64,000 nucleotides of DNA, taken from TPA_inf: Saccharomyces (taxonomy: Eukaryota). The DNA is taken from the NCBI GenBank assembly GCA_000146045.2, contig BK006938.2:256001-320000 (forward strand), given 5' to 3'. Below, piece by piece: positions 11,202 to 24,306 of this stretch. The notes beneath the pieces are model-generated. The model saw only the letters and a program-made list of their open reading frames with translations, was not told where the DNA came from and did no database searches. Position 1 is the first letter of the stretch. Each line of letters starts with the position of its first letter. A program made the translations under genes and the position numbers.

Positions 11202-11697
11202 ATTACTACCGTTTCCCCGATGTTTTTGGGTGAATAAGGTCAGGTGAGCATTTTTTGTACTGATATTTTTTCTCTTTGTTTGCAGACACAACGCTTGCTG
11301 TTAATACGCTAAAAACATACCACACTACCTTGAACAAATCCTCCAAGAGAAATTTGTAAGAATTCAGAAGCGGTTTCAGGGGAAGTCGGCTTAGTTGTCA
11401 ATTGTAATTGAAAATCACCCTCTAATTTGAAAGATTTTCAGTTTCAATAAGACATCAATCTTGCCAGTTTGTAATTTTTTGGTATATAGAAATGGTCTTC
11501 AAGCATAAGCCTTAAGAAAGATTCGTCCATTGGATGAACCTACAATTTTTTTTGTGTTATGATGTGAAGCTTCATTTGAAGCATTGTGCAGAGAATATTA
11601 CAAGTAGATTCAAAAAACACATTGAAAAAAAATACAAGTGAAATCACAGTTACTTAAAAGTCATCAAAAAAAATATTCCCGGCCTCAGAGCGAACAT

Positions 11698-11725
11698 ATG
11701 AAAGTGAATATGGAGTACACAAAGG
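11698..11725 (+). CDS. KIN28: KIN28 exon 1 (28 nt; codes MKVNMEYTK and the first base of the next codon)
   Basis: ATG at 11698. It is followed at 11726 by a canonical GTATGT donor. Confidence 0.85.
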
Positions 11726-11806
11726 GTATGTGGGGGTTATATATTGTCGTCTTTCTTTTAACATTCAATAATGATACTAACGTTGATTAATGATGATTCA
11801 TCGCAG
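11726..11806 (+). other. KIN28: KIN28 spliceosomal intron (81 nt)
   Basis: GTATGT at 11726-11731, TACTAAC branch point at 11775-11781, acceptor CAG ending at 11806. Splicing restores the frame ...TKEKKVGEGTYAVVY, the CDK glycine loop. Confidence 0.85.
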
Positions 11807-12699
11807 AAAAGAAAGTTGGTGAGGGTACTTATGCGGTTGTTTACTTGGGTTGTCAACACTCTACTGGAAGAAAGATTGCTATTAAGGAGATCAAAACATC
11901 CGAATTTAAAGATGGTTTAGATATGTCAGCTATCCGTGAAGTTAAGTACCTCCAAGAAATGCAGCATCCGAACGTCATAGAACTAATAGACATATTTATG
12001 GCTTATGATAATTTAAATCTCGTTCTGGAGTTCCTACCAACTGATCTAGAGGTGGTAATAAAAGACAAATCAATACTGTTTACACCAGCAGATATTAAGG
12101 CATGGATGCTTATGACTTTGAGGGGCGTGTATCATTGCCACAGAAATTTCATTTTGCACAGGGATCTGAAACCAAACAATTTATTATTTTCACCTGATGG
12201 CCAGATAAAAGTAGCAGATTTCGGTCTAGCAAGGGCGATACCGGCCCCACATGAGATACTGACAAGTAACGTCGTAACAAGATGGTATAGAGCGCCAGAA
12301 TTGTTGTTTGGAGCTAAACATTACACATCGGCTATTGATATCTGGTCAGTAGGCGTTATATTCGCGGAATTAATGCTAAGGATACCTTATTTACCAGGAC
12401 AGAATGATGTCGATCAAATGGAAGTAACGTTCAGGGCCTTAGGGACACCTACAGATAGAGATTGGCCCGAAGTTTCTTCCTTTATGACGTATAACAAGTT
12501 ACAAATATATCCGCCCCCTTCAAGAGATGAATTGAGGAAAAGGTTCATTGCTGCTAGCGAATACGCCTTAGATTTTATGTGTGGAATGCTAACGATGAAC
12601 CCACAAAAGAGGTGGACCGCTGTTCAGTGTTTAGAAAGTGATTATTTCAAAGAATTACCACCACCAAGTGACCCGTCTTCAATAAAAATACGTAACTGA
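11807..12699 (+). CDS. KIN28: KIN28 exon 2. TFIIH-associated CDK7-like kinase. Total CDS 306 aa.
   Basis: Ser/Thr kinase motifs HRDLKPNN, DFGLAR, T-loop. 28+893 nt gives 306 codons plus stop. Confidence 0.9.
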
Positions 12700-12920
12700 T
12701 ATGATTTTATAAAATTTGTAGAATCTGTGTTATTGACATTAGATGTATCCTCAACATATACAAATAAACTTCTTGATGCGTCTTGTTTTTTGGTGTTGAA
12801 TTTTAACTCTTTTCCATCATTATGGAATTCGTTTTTAGATTTTAACAACAACAATATGAGGGGAGACAAACAGTAGCAGACGAAAACGAAAACAAAAGCA
12901 AGAAATATCTGATCTAAAAT

Positions 12921-13976
12921 ATGCAGAGGTTTGTCAGTAAGTTTGTTTCCACACCACCAGTACCCAAAAAGTTTCAAGAGATTTTCCCGAAGAAACGTAC
13001 GGTTAACAAAATTTTATTCCAGTTAGATACAAGGCTTACATACCATGAAATGTACCCGATATTTCTGCAGGTATCACAAAATACTAATGAAGAGAATATC
13101 CCATGGAGGAAGAAATACCCCTATATAAGGAGTTCAGACATTATGCAGATGCGAAACGTCTTGATAACTCTAAGGACGCAGAACAAATTCGTCCACAAAG
13201 ACTTATTAGCTATGGAGGATAAATTATTGAATATTGCTGCCGAACTTGGCAACAACGATGCTATATCCATCCTAAGCTTCAACGTGATACATGAATATAA
13301 AAAGGAAAACGTCAAATCCAGTTATGAAAAAGACATTGAAACGGCTAATGAATTCATAAAGAAGCTGTATGCGCGTAACCATCATTTAACGGTTAAATTA
13401 ATAGGGGACCTGTTTTTCGAAAACAAAACTTACGATAAGGCTGAGAAATATTACCAAGAGTTCTTGAAATTGGAAAATAGTACCAAATTGGCAGGCGAAG
13501 TTCACGGAAAACTTGGGGAAATCCAAATAAAGCAAGTCAATGGTTTTTTGAAGGCAGAAAAGTCATGGCTGAGTTGTATAGAACTGCTGGAAATTGAAAG
13601 AAGTTCACGTTGGTACTTTCTGTTAGCGAGGTTATATATGAGTTCAGAGCCCATGAAAGCCAAAGCCTTGCTAGAAAATTGTGCATCAATTGGATTTAAA
13701 GAATGCTTTAAAACATTAGGATTTCTTGAATTAAACTATTTCAATAATTATGAAAGGGCGAAAGAATGGTTCAAAACGGGTATGGAAATAATGGACTTGG
13801 AATGTTTCTTTGGATTTTTCGATTGCTGTGTGAAAGAAGAGAATTTTAAAGGTGCACGAGATTGCCTAGAAAGCGTAAAAAAGCTAGGGAATGATAAAGA
13901 CAAGAAAACAATGATAAATGTCTTTCTTGAAAGTAGAAAAGATTCCATAAAGTTGCTGGACAAAGCACGGCTTTAA
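12921..13976 (+). CDS. MSS2: Mitochondrial peripheral inner-membrane protein with TPR-like repeats, COX2 C-tail export factor (351 aa)
   Basis: 351-aa ORF. Size and position fit. TPR-like helical repeats. Confidence 0.7.
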   Translation: MQRFVSKFVSTPPVPKKFQEIFPKKRTVNKILFQLDTRLTYHEMYPIFLQVSQNTNEENIPWRKKYPYIRSSDIMQMRNVLITLRTQNKFVHKDLLAMEDKLLNIAAELGNNDAISILSFNVIHEYKKENVKSSYEKDIETANEFIKKLYARNHHLTVKLIGDLFFENKTYDKAEKYYQEFLKLENSTKLAGEVHGKLGEIQIKQVNGFLKAEKSWLSCIELLEIERSSRWYFLLARLYMSSEPMKAKALLENCASIGFKECFKTLGFLELNYFNNYERAKEWFKTGMEIMDLECFFGFFDCCVKEENFKGARDCLESVKKLGNDKDKKTMINVFLESRKDSIKLLDKARL

Positions 13977-14221
13977 ATGTCTGATCGATTCTTTTTGCGA
14001 TTTATATAAGGACACATGTCTCCACCTATAACGCGAGCTTGTAAATATCTATATACCCATCTGATAATGTTCAAAAAAGTCAGCTAAGTAAGTAAAATAA
14101 TAAGGACAATAAAATTAAAATGTCATACAATGTTACCTATGAAATAATTAGGAAATACTGTTAGAGTAATATTTAGAGTTGAAAATGCAATCGCAAAAAA
14201 AAAAAAACAGAATTATTTTCA

Positions 14222-15901
14222 TCATATCCATCTATGCTCGTCAGTTAGTTCGTTAGTGTTCTTCAAAAAATCTGGAGTATTTGGGAGTTCACTATCAGTC
14301 GGTAAAGACAACAAATGATCATTTGGATTTGCAACAATATCAGCATCGTTGGATAAATGTTCTTGCGCTAGATGATTCTCCTCATTATTAGCATTATGAT
14401 TGTTATTGCTGTTGACGGTAGTATCCAGTAAATTGAGCGTATCATCCTTGCTAGCTTGACGTCCATTATTAGAGCCTTGTCCGTTGTTGGTGTTGGTTAT
14501 CGAACTCGATAACAGATCATGATCGAAGAAGAGAGAATCTTCTAAATTTGTATTTGGATTTGAGTCTGTTGCACTTGAATTTGTATTCAGAAAGGGAGGG
14601 GCAATATTCTGTTGTGGAACTGCAGCAGTGGGGATCGCTGTATTGATCGTAGGTAATATTTCATTCGATGATTTATAGTCTAGAATTAGAGAATTCATGA
14701 ATCTTAATGATTTCTGTAAACCTTTCAAAGTGTGAGGAATATTCGAACCACCAACAAATGCGTCATTTACCTGTCTACCTTCTGAGAAATCATCACATAT
14801 GGACCACTGATTGTTCAAATTTGGATCTTCATCAGGAGCATTATTTAAAAAGTAAACAGCAAAAGTGGGTGATCTGGTGACTGTTAGCTTCAATTCTCCA
14901 AAGTTATCCTTAGCATTCCTCTTATCCTCACTACTATTATCATTGTCTTCATTACTGTTATCGTCGTTATCATCATCATTATTAGTATTACTATTGTTTT
15001 TATCGCTTGTGTTGTTACTATTTATTATATCGTCGTCAGTTTCTAAAGTTAGAGAGCAATTCGTGACTGAACTTAATGGGAAAAAGATCCTGAAGAGAAT
15101 TTTAGTATTATTTGCCATGGCACTAAAAAAATAGTTTATTTCTGAGTTTTTCTTGGATATCAAAACCATTAAATCTGTGGCATTCGACATTATGTTATTA
15201 ATCTTTATTGGCGATAGGTTTCTCAACTCCTTTATAGACTGAAAGTTCCTTCTTTGCAGTGCGCCGCTTTTCATTCTATTCCAACTTCCCACAGTAATTG
15301 AGCAAATGTCAAAAAAATAATAGTTGTTGTTGCTGTTCAGCGGAATACGGTCGAAAAAAGTCAGGTCTTCATCGTGAAATATGGATGAAGTACTTGTTGT
15401 AGTGACCAAATTGTTGTCTGTACTCCCACGATCGTAATCGTTGGCAATATCACGGGATTGTGACGAGGGGATTGTGTCCTTATTACTTCCATGCTGCTTT
15501 TTCCTCAATTTAGCTCTTCTGTTCTGAAACCAAATTCTGACGTTTTTTTCAGGCATTCCTATCAGATCTGATATTTTCTTTCTTTCTACCAAAGAGGGTG
15601 TTGGATTTATTTCAAATTTACGCTTTAGCACATCTAGTGCTTCACCCTTTGCGCGAGTCCTCTTGGGCCTTTGAGGTCCACTATCTGATGCATTCGATGA
15701 AGCACTCATATCATTAGTATGTTGGTCGTGGTCGTGCTCCAGGTTTTGAGTTTGAATTGGTTGTGGTTGTGGTTGTTGCTGTTGATTATGTTGTTGATCA
15801 TGTTGTTGCTGTTGTTGTTGTTGTTGGTCATGTTGCAAATAATCCAAATCTGTAGCAAAATGTGTGTTAAAATCGTGATCGTACGAGAATTCTTCCATCA
15901 T
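14222..15901 (-). CDS. PHO2: Homeodomain transcription factor with N-terminal poly-Gln and internal Asn/Asp-rich tracts (559 aa)
   Basis: Homeodomain signature ...VRIWFQNRRAKLRKK. Poly-Q (QQQQQQQQHDQQHNQQQQPQPQP). Size 559 aa. Confidence 0.9.
   Translation of the reverse strand: MMEEFSYDHDFNTHFATDLDYLQHDQQQQQQQQHDQQHNQQQQPQPQPIQTQNLEHDHDQHTNDMSASSNASDSGPQRPKRTRAKGEALDVLKRKFEINPTPSLVERKKISDLIGMPEKNVRIWFQNRRAKLRKKQHGSNKDTIPSSQSRDIANDYDRGSTDNNLVTTTSTSSIFHDEDLTFFDRIPLNSNNNYYFFDICSITVGSWNRMKSGALQRRNFQSIKELRNLSPIKINNIMSNATDLMVLISKKNSEINYFFSAMANNTKILFRIFFPLSSVTNCSLTLETDDDIINSNNTSDKNNSNTNNDDDNDDNSNEDNDNSSEDKRNAKDNFGELKLTVTRSPTFAVYFLNNAPDEDPNLNNQWSICDDFSEGRQVNDAFVGGSNIPHTLKGLQKSLRFMNSLILDYKSSNEILPTINTAIPTAAVPQQNIAPPFLNTNSSATDSNPNTNLEDSLFFDHDLLSSSITNTNNGQGSNNGRQASKDDTLNLLDTTVNSNNNHNANNEENHLAQEHLSNDADIVANPNDHLLSLPTDSELPNTPDFLKNTNELTDEHRWI
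15760..15835 (-). repeat. PHO2: CAA/CAG trinucleotide repeat encoding the PHO2 N-terminal poly-Gln tract
   Basis: The plus strand shows (TTG)n / GTTGTTGTTGTTGTTG. It is translated as QQQQQQQQHDQQHNQQQQ. Confidence 0.85.
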
Positions 15902-16274
15902 AGCGTATTGTATACGTTATTTAGCAGTAAGCCGTGACTTGTCTAGCCCTGTTGAATGTCTCCTTAGTTGTCTTTGCGTCTTTTAATAGAGGTTTCAACA
16001 GTTCCCTGGAGCTTGTGATTTACTAAATCTGCAATTCTGGATATGCCGCATCGTCCGAAGTGATGTATTAAAATACTGCTCATAATGTGCAACATTTACT
16101 ATCATCTTGTGCCAAAAAGTGACCTTATGTCCGCATGTTAAAAGACTATTGTTGCTAAGCTATTTTACACTATCCTTGATCGTTCACAGATTACTCACAC
16201 ATGGTTTTACTTAGACGACAAACAATCCCACACTTTTAACTCCATATACTGTTAAGTACCAGAGATAAAGGAAA

Positions 16275-16286
16275 CGCGCAACGCGT
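16275..16286. promoter_or_regulatory. Tandem MCB-like elements (ACGCGCAACGCGT) upstream of NSE4
   Basis: aaACGCGcaACGCGTtaac lies about 100 bp upstream of the NSE4 ATG. Confidence 0.55.
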
Positions 16287-16388
16287 TAACAGAAAAGGTG
16301 AAATAATATCAAGAAGATGAGATAAATACTAGTAGCAGACAATCAAGAAATCAGAGTTTTGCAAAAAAAAGAGAGTACAGACAGAGAC

Positions 16389-17597
16389 ATGTCTAGTACA
16401 GTAATATCTAGAAAGAGGAGAAACAGCACTGTTACTGAGCCTGACAGTAGCGGAGAAACAAGAAAACAAAAGAAGTCGAGAAGTGATGAAAAGAGCTCAT
16501 CTTCTAAGGATGGTGACCCCCAGCTAGAATTTAAAGTTTTACAGGGATATAGGGACCTGGAAAGTGAAATGCACAAAGGCAGAGCTCAGGTGACCAGAAC
16601 AGGAGATATAGGTGTTGCTATGGACAATCTGAACGCTGTGGATTCCCTATTCAATAAGGTTATTGGTATAAAGAATAATGGATTGTTTGCTCATGATGCT
16701 AGAGCAATGGTTAGTATAAGTGAATTGGCTCAAATTTCTGTGAGAAATTTGAAGTTTGATGATTCGAGGAGTATGGTCAATTTAGAAAACATAGTAAATT
16801 CCTTGAAAAGATACATGCTAAAAGAGCATTTCAAGCTTAATAATATCGCCGAAAATAGGAATGATTTGACGCTTGCCGCTGATGAACAATCCGCAGCAGA
16901 CCAGCAAGAGGAAAGTGATGGAGATATCGATAGGACGCCTGATGATAATCATACAGATAAAGCTACTTCCTCTTTCAAAGCGACATCTATGAGGCATAGT
17001 TATCTACAGCAGTTTTCTCACTATAATGAGTTTTCTCAATTTAATTGGTTTAGAATAGGTGCTCTCTACAATACTATAAGTAAAAATGCCCCAATTACCG
17101 ACCATTTAATGGGACCTTTATCCATAGAAAAGAAGCCACGAGTGTTAACTCAACGAAGAAGGAATAATGACCAAGTTGGTGAAAAGATCACCGCTGAGAA
17201 AATCACTCAGCATTCTTTAAACTCCACACAGCAAGAAACTACCCCTGAACAGGTCAAGAAATGTTTCAAAAAGCTTTCAAAAAAATTAGGCCCAGAAGGT
17301 TCCATTAATCTTTTTAAATTTATTATAGACCCAAATTCATTCTCGCGATCCATCGAAAATCTTTTCTATACCAGTTTTTTGATCAAAGAGGGAAAACTAT
17401 TGATGGAACACGATGAAGAAGGTTTACCCACAATTAAGATAAAACAAAGCATAAGTCACACAGATTCAAGAAGTAAAGAAATTGAGAGACAAAGGCGTCG
17501 TGCCGCTCATCAGAATCACATTATTTTTCAAATGGACATGCCTACTTGGCGAAAACTAATAAAGAAATACAACATCACTTCACCATTCTTAGACTAA
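16389..17597 (+). CDS. NSE4: Smc5/6 complex kleisin subunit (402 aa). The ORF track starts 10 codons upstream at 16359.
   Basis: Nse4/EID family C-terminal region. Start chosen at MSSTVISRKRR from memory of the 402-aa protein. MCB boxes sit about 100 bp upstream. Confidence 0.75.
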   Translation: MSSTVISRKRRNSTVTEPDSSGETRKQKKSRSDEKSSSSKDGDPQLEFKVLQGYRDLESEMHKGRAQVTRTGDIGVAMDNLNAVDSLFNKVIGIKNNGLFAHDARAMVSISELAQISVRNLKFDDSRSMVNLENIVNSLKRYMLKEHFKLNNIAENRNDLTLAADEQSAADQQEESDGDIDRTPDDNHTDKATSSFKATSMRHSYLQQFSHYNEFSQFNWFRIGALYNTISKNAPITDHLMGPLSIEKKPRVLTQRRRNNDQVGEKITAEKITQHSLNSTQQETTPEQVKKCFKKLSKKLGPEGSINLFKFIIDPNSFSRSIENLFYTSFLIKEGKLLMEHDEEGLPTIKIKQSISHTDSRSKEIERQRRRAAHQNHIIFQMDMPTWRKLIKKYNITSPFLD

Positions 17598-17629
17598 CAG
17601 CGATAGAGCGCTGCATATAATATGTACAG

Positions 17630-17652
17630 TTTTTTTTTTTTTTTTTTTTTTT

Positions 17653-17653
<1 letters not shown>
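17630..17653. repeat. 24-nt homopolymeric T tract between convergent NSE4 and QRI7 3' ends
   Basis: An uninterrupted T run abuts the QRI7 stop codon. Confidence 0.9.
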
Positions 17654-18945
<1,292 letters not shown>

Positions 18946-19147
18946 TTAATTTCATTGTCAATTAATCATCGCGCAATGAAGATGCCACTCTTTCCATTGG
19001 CAGAGCGGATCCGCCAAATAGAAATTACATAAAACAAGTAATTTAGCTATTTTTCAGAGTACGAAATATTTTATTATATATATTGAATCACAATTACGAG
19101 TACTTTTCAATTACATGTTAAAAGTGCTTCATAAGTAGCTCAAACAG

Positions 19148-20581
19148 TTATTTTTCTAATACTATACCACTTCTGTCAAAGACTTTACCTTTGAACTGGG
19201 ATAGATTTTCACCTGCATAACTCAATTTGCTGGAAACTTCGACTAGTACCCCATCTTTTACAATAGCGCCTGCATCTTCCAACCACGAGGTTCCTAGTTT
19301 CAAATATGCTAGTCTGCTGGTCTCAGGATTATCGTTCTTAGAACCAGGACCGTTTTTTAAAGGTGAAAATTCTTTGCATCTATCTACTTCTAAGCACCCA
19401 AACTTGTTCAGTGGTACAGTGTCAAAGACATCAAATATGAATTGCTCTAATTTTATACCGTTTGGTTCGGTAGGCTTAGTGTACTTGCCGGTAACACTAT
19501 CATAAGCTGGAATTTTCTTCTTCGCAATGTGATATGGCATATTCTCACACCACTGATCCAAATCACGTTTTAGTAAATCCACTAGGTAATAATGATTTAC
19601 AATGTTGCCTGCGCGTAGTTTTAATAAGCCATCTTTATCCTTTGCTTCAGCCAATTCATTGGAAATTTCAGAATATTCTATGACACATGGTTTCTCGTTT
19701 TTAGTAGCAATTAACCCAACTGATTCATGCGCATCTCTCTTTCTAACGGCTTTGGTGGCCAGTTCGAAGCCATGCTTGATGGCAAAACCAATAAATACAG
19801 GGTCTGCGATTTTAGATAGGACATTATCGACACAGTACATGTAAACATGCTTGATTCCTCTCCTATCAAAGTCTTCGTTCAACTTGTTTTCCTTGATGGC
19901 ACGGTAGAGTCCACCATTTCCATCTGGTGATTGAGATAGGTTTACTGGGTCTTTCATTAGGAAATGCTTCCCGGTTAAATCAAAGGCAGGCAGGGTTCCC
20001 TGGTTGAAGAACGTAATTTGTTCTTTATTCAAGCCAAAATAATTGTGTTCTTGAAAGTATGCCTCAGTAGCCGCTCTAGTGGGGCCTGATGTCATAATAT
20101 ACCAAGGAATTTCTACCTTTTTGTCCTTTACCATATCTTGCAACCTGATCAACTTTTCAGCTTGAATTTGAAAAAGAGATTTCTTAGAAGGCAATCCAAT
20201 GTCGTAACAGCCCTTTGGTTGAGAGGATCCTAACCGCGTACCTTGTCCGCCAGCCATTAAAATCACTGCGACTTCACCCTTGCCAATAGCTTCAAGGCCT
20301 AAACGCCAGTATTCATTTTCTTTCTTACTGTTGCCAATAAGCGACTCGTACGAAGTAGGGGGCAATGGTGAAATTTCGACGCCAGTATCCTTAGAAGAGT
20401 TAGCTAGTGAGAATTTAATAGCATTTTGACAGTCTTCCAGTAGTTTTGCAGGGGACCTCTTGGAAGATATTTGCTCCAGGTTTGAAAGCAATTCTTCTTG
20501 GTCTTTGCGAGACAAGCTTTCCCAATTGTGGAAAAGTTGACTTTGTCCGGCTTCAATGAATAGCTGTTTTGTGTCAGTCAT
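19148..20581 (-). CDS. QRI1: UDP-N-acetylglucosamine pyrophosphorylase (477 aa)
   Basis: UAP1 family signature (LMAGGQGTRLG, nucleotide-sugar pyrophosphorylase). 477 aa. Confidence 0.85.
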   Translation of the reverse strand: MTDTKQLFIEAGQSQLFHNWESLSRKDQEELLSNLEQISSKRSPAKLLEDCQNAIKFSLANSSKDTGVEISPLPPTSYESLIGNSKKENEYWRLGLEAIGKGEVAVILMAGGQGTRLGSSQPKGCYDIGLPSKKSLFQIQAEKLIRLQDMVKDKKVEIPWYIMTSGPTRAATEAYFQEHNYFGLNKEQITFFNQGTLPAFDLTGKHFLMKDPVNLSQSPDGNGGLYRAIKENKLNEDFDRRGIKHVYMYCVDNVLSKIADPVFIGFAIKHGFELATKAVRKRDAHESVGLIATKNEKPCVIEYSEISNELAEAKDKDGLLKLRAGNIVNHYYLVDLLKRDLDQWCENMPYHIAKKKIPAYDSVTGKYTKPTEPNGIKLEQFIFDVFDTVPLNKFGCLEVDRCKEFSPLKNGPGSKNDNPETSRLAYLKLGTSWLEDAGAIVKDGVLVEVSSKLSYAGENLSQFKGKVFDRSGIVLEK

Positions 20582-20705
20582 AGTTGCAGTTCGATCTGGT
20601 GTTCTCCTTTATATCTGCGTTTCTTTGCAGCGTTCTTGCTTGACGGTTGATCTTGGTTTTGTGTGGTAAAAGTATGCCTTAACGTAATAGGCAATTTTTC
20701 GTATT

Positions 20706-20711
20706 ACGCGT
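20706..20711. promoter_or_regulatory. MCB (MluI cell-cycle box, ACGCGT) in POL3 promoter
   Basis: ttACGCGTaac lies about 160 bp upstream of the POL3 ATG. MBF-regulated G1/S expression of POL3 is established. Confidence 0.7.
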
Positions 20712-20871
20712 AACTTTTTATTCTATAAAATGTTCAATGAGGACATCTGCTATTCGCTTATGAAGAACAAACACTCAGTACTACTGATCTAAGGCAATTT
20801 TCAAGGATAAAGGAAAATAGATATTGAGCACTTGCTATTAAGCATTAATCTTTATACATATACGCACAGCA

Positions 20872-23800
20872 ATGAGTGAAAAAAGATCCCTTCCCATGGT
20901 TGATGTGAAGATCGATGACGAGGATACTCCCCAGTTGGAAAAGAAAATCAAACGGCAATCAATAGATCATGGTGTTGGAAGTGAACCTGTTTCAACAATA
21001 GAGATTATTCCGAGTGATTCTTTTCGAAAATATAATAGTCAAGGCTTCAAAGCAAAGGATACAGATTTAATGGGTACGCAATTAGAGTCTACTTTTGAAC
21101 AAGAGCTATCGCAAATGGAACATGATATGGCCGACCAAGAAGAGCATGACCTGTCATCATTCGAGCGTAAGAAACTTCCAACCGATTTTGACCCAAGTTT
21201 GTATGATATTTCTTTCCAACAAATTGATGCGGAACAGAGCGTACTGAATGGTATCAAAGATGAAAATACATCTACCGTGGTAAGGTTTTTTGGTGTCACT
21301 AGTGAAGGACACTCTGTACTTTGTAATGTTACAGGGTTCAAGAACTATCTTTACGTCCCAGCGCCCAATTCTTCCGACGCTAACGATCAGGAGCAAATCA
21401 ACAAGTTTGTGCACTATTTAAACGAAACATTTGACCACGCTATTGATTCGATTGAAGTTGTATCTAAACAGTCTATCTGGGGTTATTCCGGAGATACCAA
21501 ATTACCATTCTGGAAAATATACGTCACCTATCCGCATATGGTCAACAAACTGCGTACTGCGTTTGAAAGAGGTCATCTTTCATTCAACTCGTGGTTTTCT
21601 AACGGCACGACTACTTATGATAACATTGCCTACACTTTAAGGTTAATGGTAGATTGTGGAATTGTCGGTATGTCCTGGATAACATTACCAAAAGGAAAGT
21701 ATTCGATGATTGAGCCTAATAACAGAGTTTCCTCTTGTCAGTTGGAAGTTTCAATTAATTATCGTAACCTAATAGCACATCCTGCTGAGGGTGATTGGTC
21801 TCATACAGCTCCATTGCGTATCATGTCCTTTGATATCGAGTGTGCTGGTAGGATTGGCGTCTTTCCGGAACCTGAATACGATCCCGTCATCCAAATTGCC
21901 AACGTTGTGAGTATTGCTGGCGCTAAGAAACCATTCATTCGTAATGTGTTTACTCTGAATACATGCTCACCCATAACAGGTTCAATGATTTTTTCCCACG
22001 CCACTGAAGAGGAAATGTTGAGCAATTGGCGTAACTTTATCATCAAAGTTGATCCTGATGTTATCATTGGTTATAATACTACAAATTTTGATATCCCTTA
22101 TCTTTTAAACCGTGCAAAGGCGCTAAAGGTGAATGATTTCCCATATTTTGGAAGGTTAAAAACCGTTAAGCAAGAAATTAAAGAGTCTGTGTTCTCTTCG
22201 AAGGCTTATGGTACAAGAGAAACCAAAAATGTCAATATTGACGGCCGATTACAGTTGGATCTTTTGCAATTTATTCAGCGTGAGTATAAACTAAGATCCT
22301 ACACGTTGAATGCAGTCTCTGCGCACTTTTTAGGTGAACAGAAGGAGGATGTACATTATAGCATCATTTCTGATCTACAAAATGGCGATAGTGAAACAAG
22401 AAGAAGGTTGGCCGTTTACTGTTTGAAAGACGCCTACCTGCCTTTAAGGCTTATGGAAAAACTAATGGCGTTAGTTAACTATACAGAAATGGCTCGTGTT
22501 ACAGGTGTGCCATTTTCATATTTACTAGCTCGTGGTCAACAAATTAAAGTTGTTTCTCAACTATTTCGAAAGTGCCTGGAGATTGATACTGTGATACCTA
22601 ACATGCAATCTCAGGCCTCTGATGACCAATATGAGGGTGCCACTGTTATTGAGCCTATTCGTGGTTATTACGATGTACCGATTGCAACTTTGGATTTCAA
22701 TTCTTTATATCCAAGTATTATGATGGCGCACAACCTATGTTATACAACACTTTGTAACAAAGCTACTGTAGAGAGATTGAATCTTAAAATTGACGAAGAC
22801 TACGTCATAACACCTAATGGAGATTATTTTGTTACCACAAAAAGAAGGCGTGGTATATTACCAATTATTCTGGATGAATTAATAAGTGCTAGAAAACGCG
22901 CTAAAAAAGATCTGAGAGATGAGAAGGATCCATTCAAAAGAGATGTTTTAAATGGTAGACAATTGGCTTTGAAGATTTCAGCTAACTCTGTCTATGGTTT
23001 TACAGGAGCGACGGTGGGTAAATTGCCATGTTTAGCCATTTCTTCATCTGTTACTGCTTATGGTCGTACCATGATTTTAAAAACTAAAACCGCAGTCCAA
23101 GAAAAATATTGTATAAAGAATGGTTATAAGCACGATGCCGTTGTGGTTTACGGTGACACTGATTCCGTTATGGTAAAGTTTGGTACAACAGATTTAAAGG
23201 AAGCTATGGATCTTGGTACCGAAGCTGCCAAATATGTCTCCACTCTATTCAAACATCCGATTAACTTAGAATTTGAAAAAGCATACTTCCCTTACCTTTT
23301 GATAAATAAAAAGCGTTATGCAGGTTTATTCTGGACTAATCCTGACAAGTTTGACAAGTTGGACCAAAAAGGCCTTGCTTCTGTCCGTCGTGATTCCTGT
23401 TCCTTGGTTTCTATTGTTATGAATAAAGTTTTAAAGAAAATTTTAATTGAAAGAAATGTAGATGGTGCTTTAGCTTTTGTCAGAGAAACTATCAATGATA
23501 TTCTGCATAATAGAGTAGATATTTCAAAGTTGATTATATCAAAGACGTTAGCCCCAAATTACACAAATCCACAGCCGCACGCCGTTTTGGCTGAACGTAT
23601 GAAGAGGAGAGAGGGCGTTGGTCCAAATGTTGGTGATCGTGTGGACTATGTCATTATCGGTGGTAATGATAAACTTTACAATAGAGCAGAAGATCCATTA
23701 TTTGTACTAGAAAACAATATTCAAGTGGATTCGCGCTATTATTTAACTAATCAATTACAAAATCCAATCATTAGTATTGTTGCACCTATTATTGGCGACA

Positions 23801-24165
23801 AACAGGCGAACGGTATGTTCGTTGTGAAATCCATTAAAATTAACACAGGCTCTCAAAAAGGAGGCTTGATGAGCTTTATTAAAAAAGTTGAGGCTTGTAA
23901 AAGTTGTAAAGGTCCGTTGAGGAAAGGTGAAGGCCCTCTTTGTTCAAACTGTCTAGCAAGGTCTGGAGAATTATACATAAAGGCATTATACGATGTCAGA
24001 GATTTAGAGGAAAAATACTCAAGATTATGGACACAATGCCAAAGGTGCGCTGGTAACTTACATAGTGAAGTTTTGTGTTCAAATAAGAACTGTGACATTT
24101 TTTATATGCGGGTTAAGGTTAAAAAAGAGCTGCAGGAGAAAGTAGAACAATTAAGCAAATGGTAA
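20872..24165 (+). CDS. POL3: DNA polymerase delta catalytic subunit, family B polymerase with 3'-5' exonuclease and C-terminal CysA/CysB zinc modules (1097 aa)
   Basis: Exo motifs (FDIE...), polymerase motifs Dxx[21 protein letters not shown]-terminal cysteine clusters. 1097 aa. MCB box in promoter. Confidence 0.95.
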
Positions 24166-24306
24166 AAAACGATAGGGTGGCACATCATATTAGGATTAAG
24201 AAAGGCTAACAACTTTTTGCATGTTGGTGGATATATATGTATATATAAATAGATACTTGGAAAAATCCAGATTCAAACAATGTTTTTGAAATAATGCTTC
24301 TCATGT

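Noticed and set aside
12642-12977. 111-aa minus-strand ORF bridging the KIN28 3' end and MSS2 5' end
   Set aside because: It overlaps two real genes and the intergenic promoter. No conserved features.
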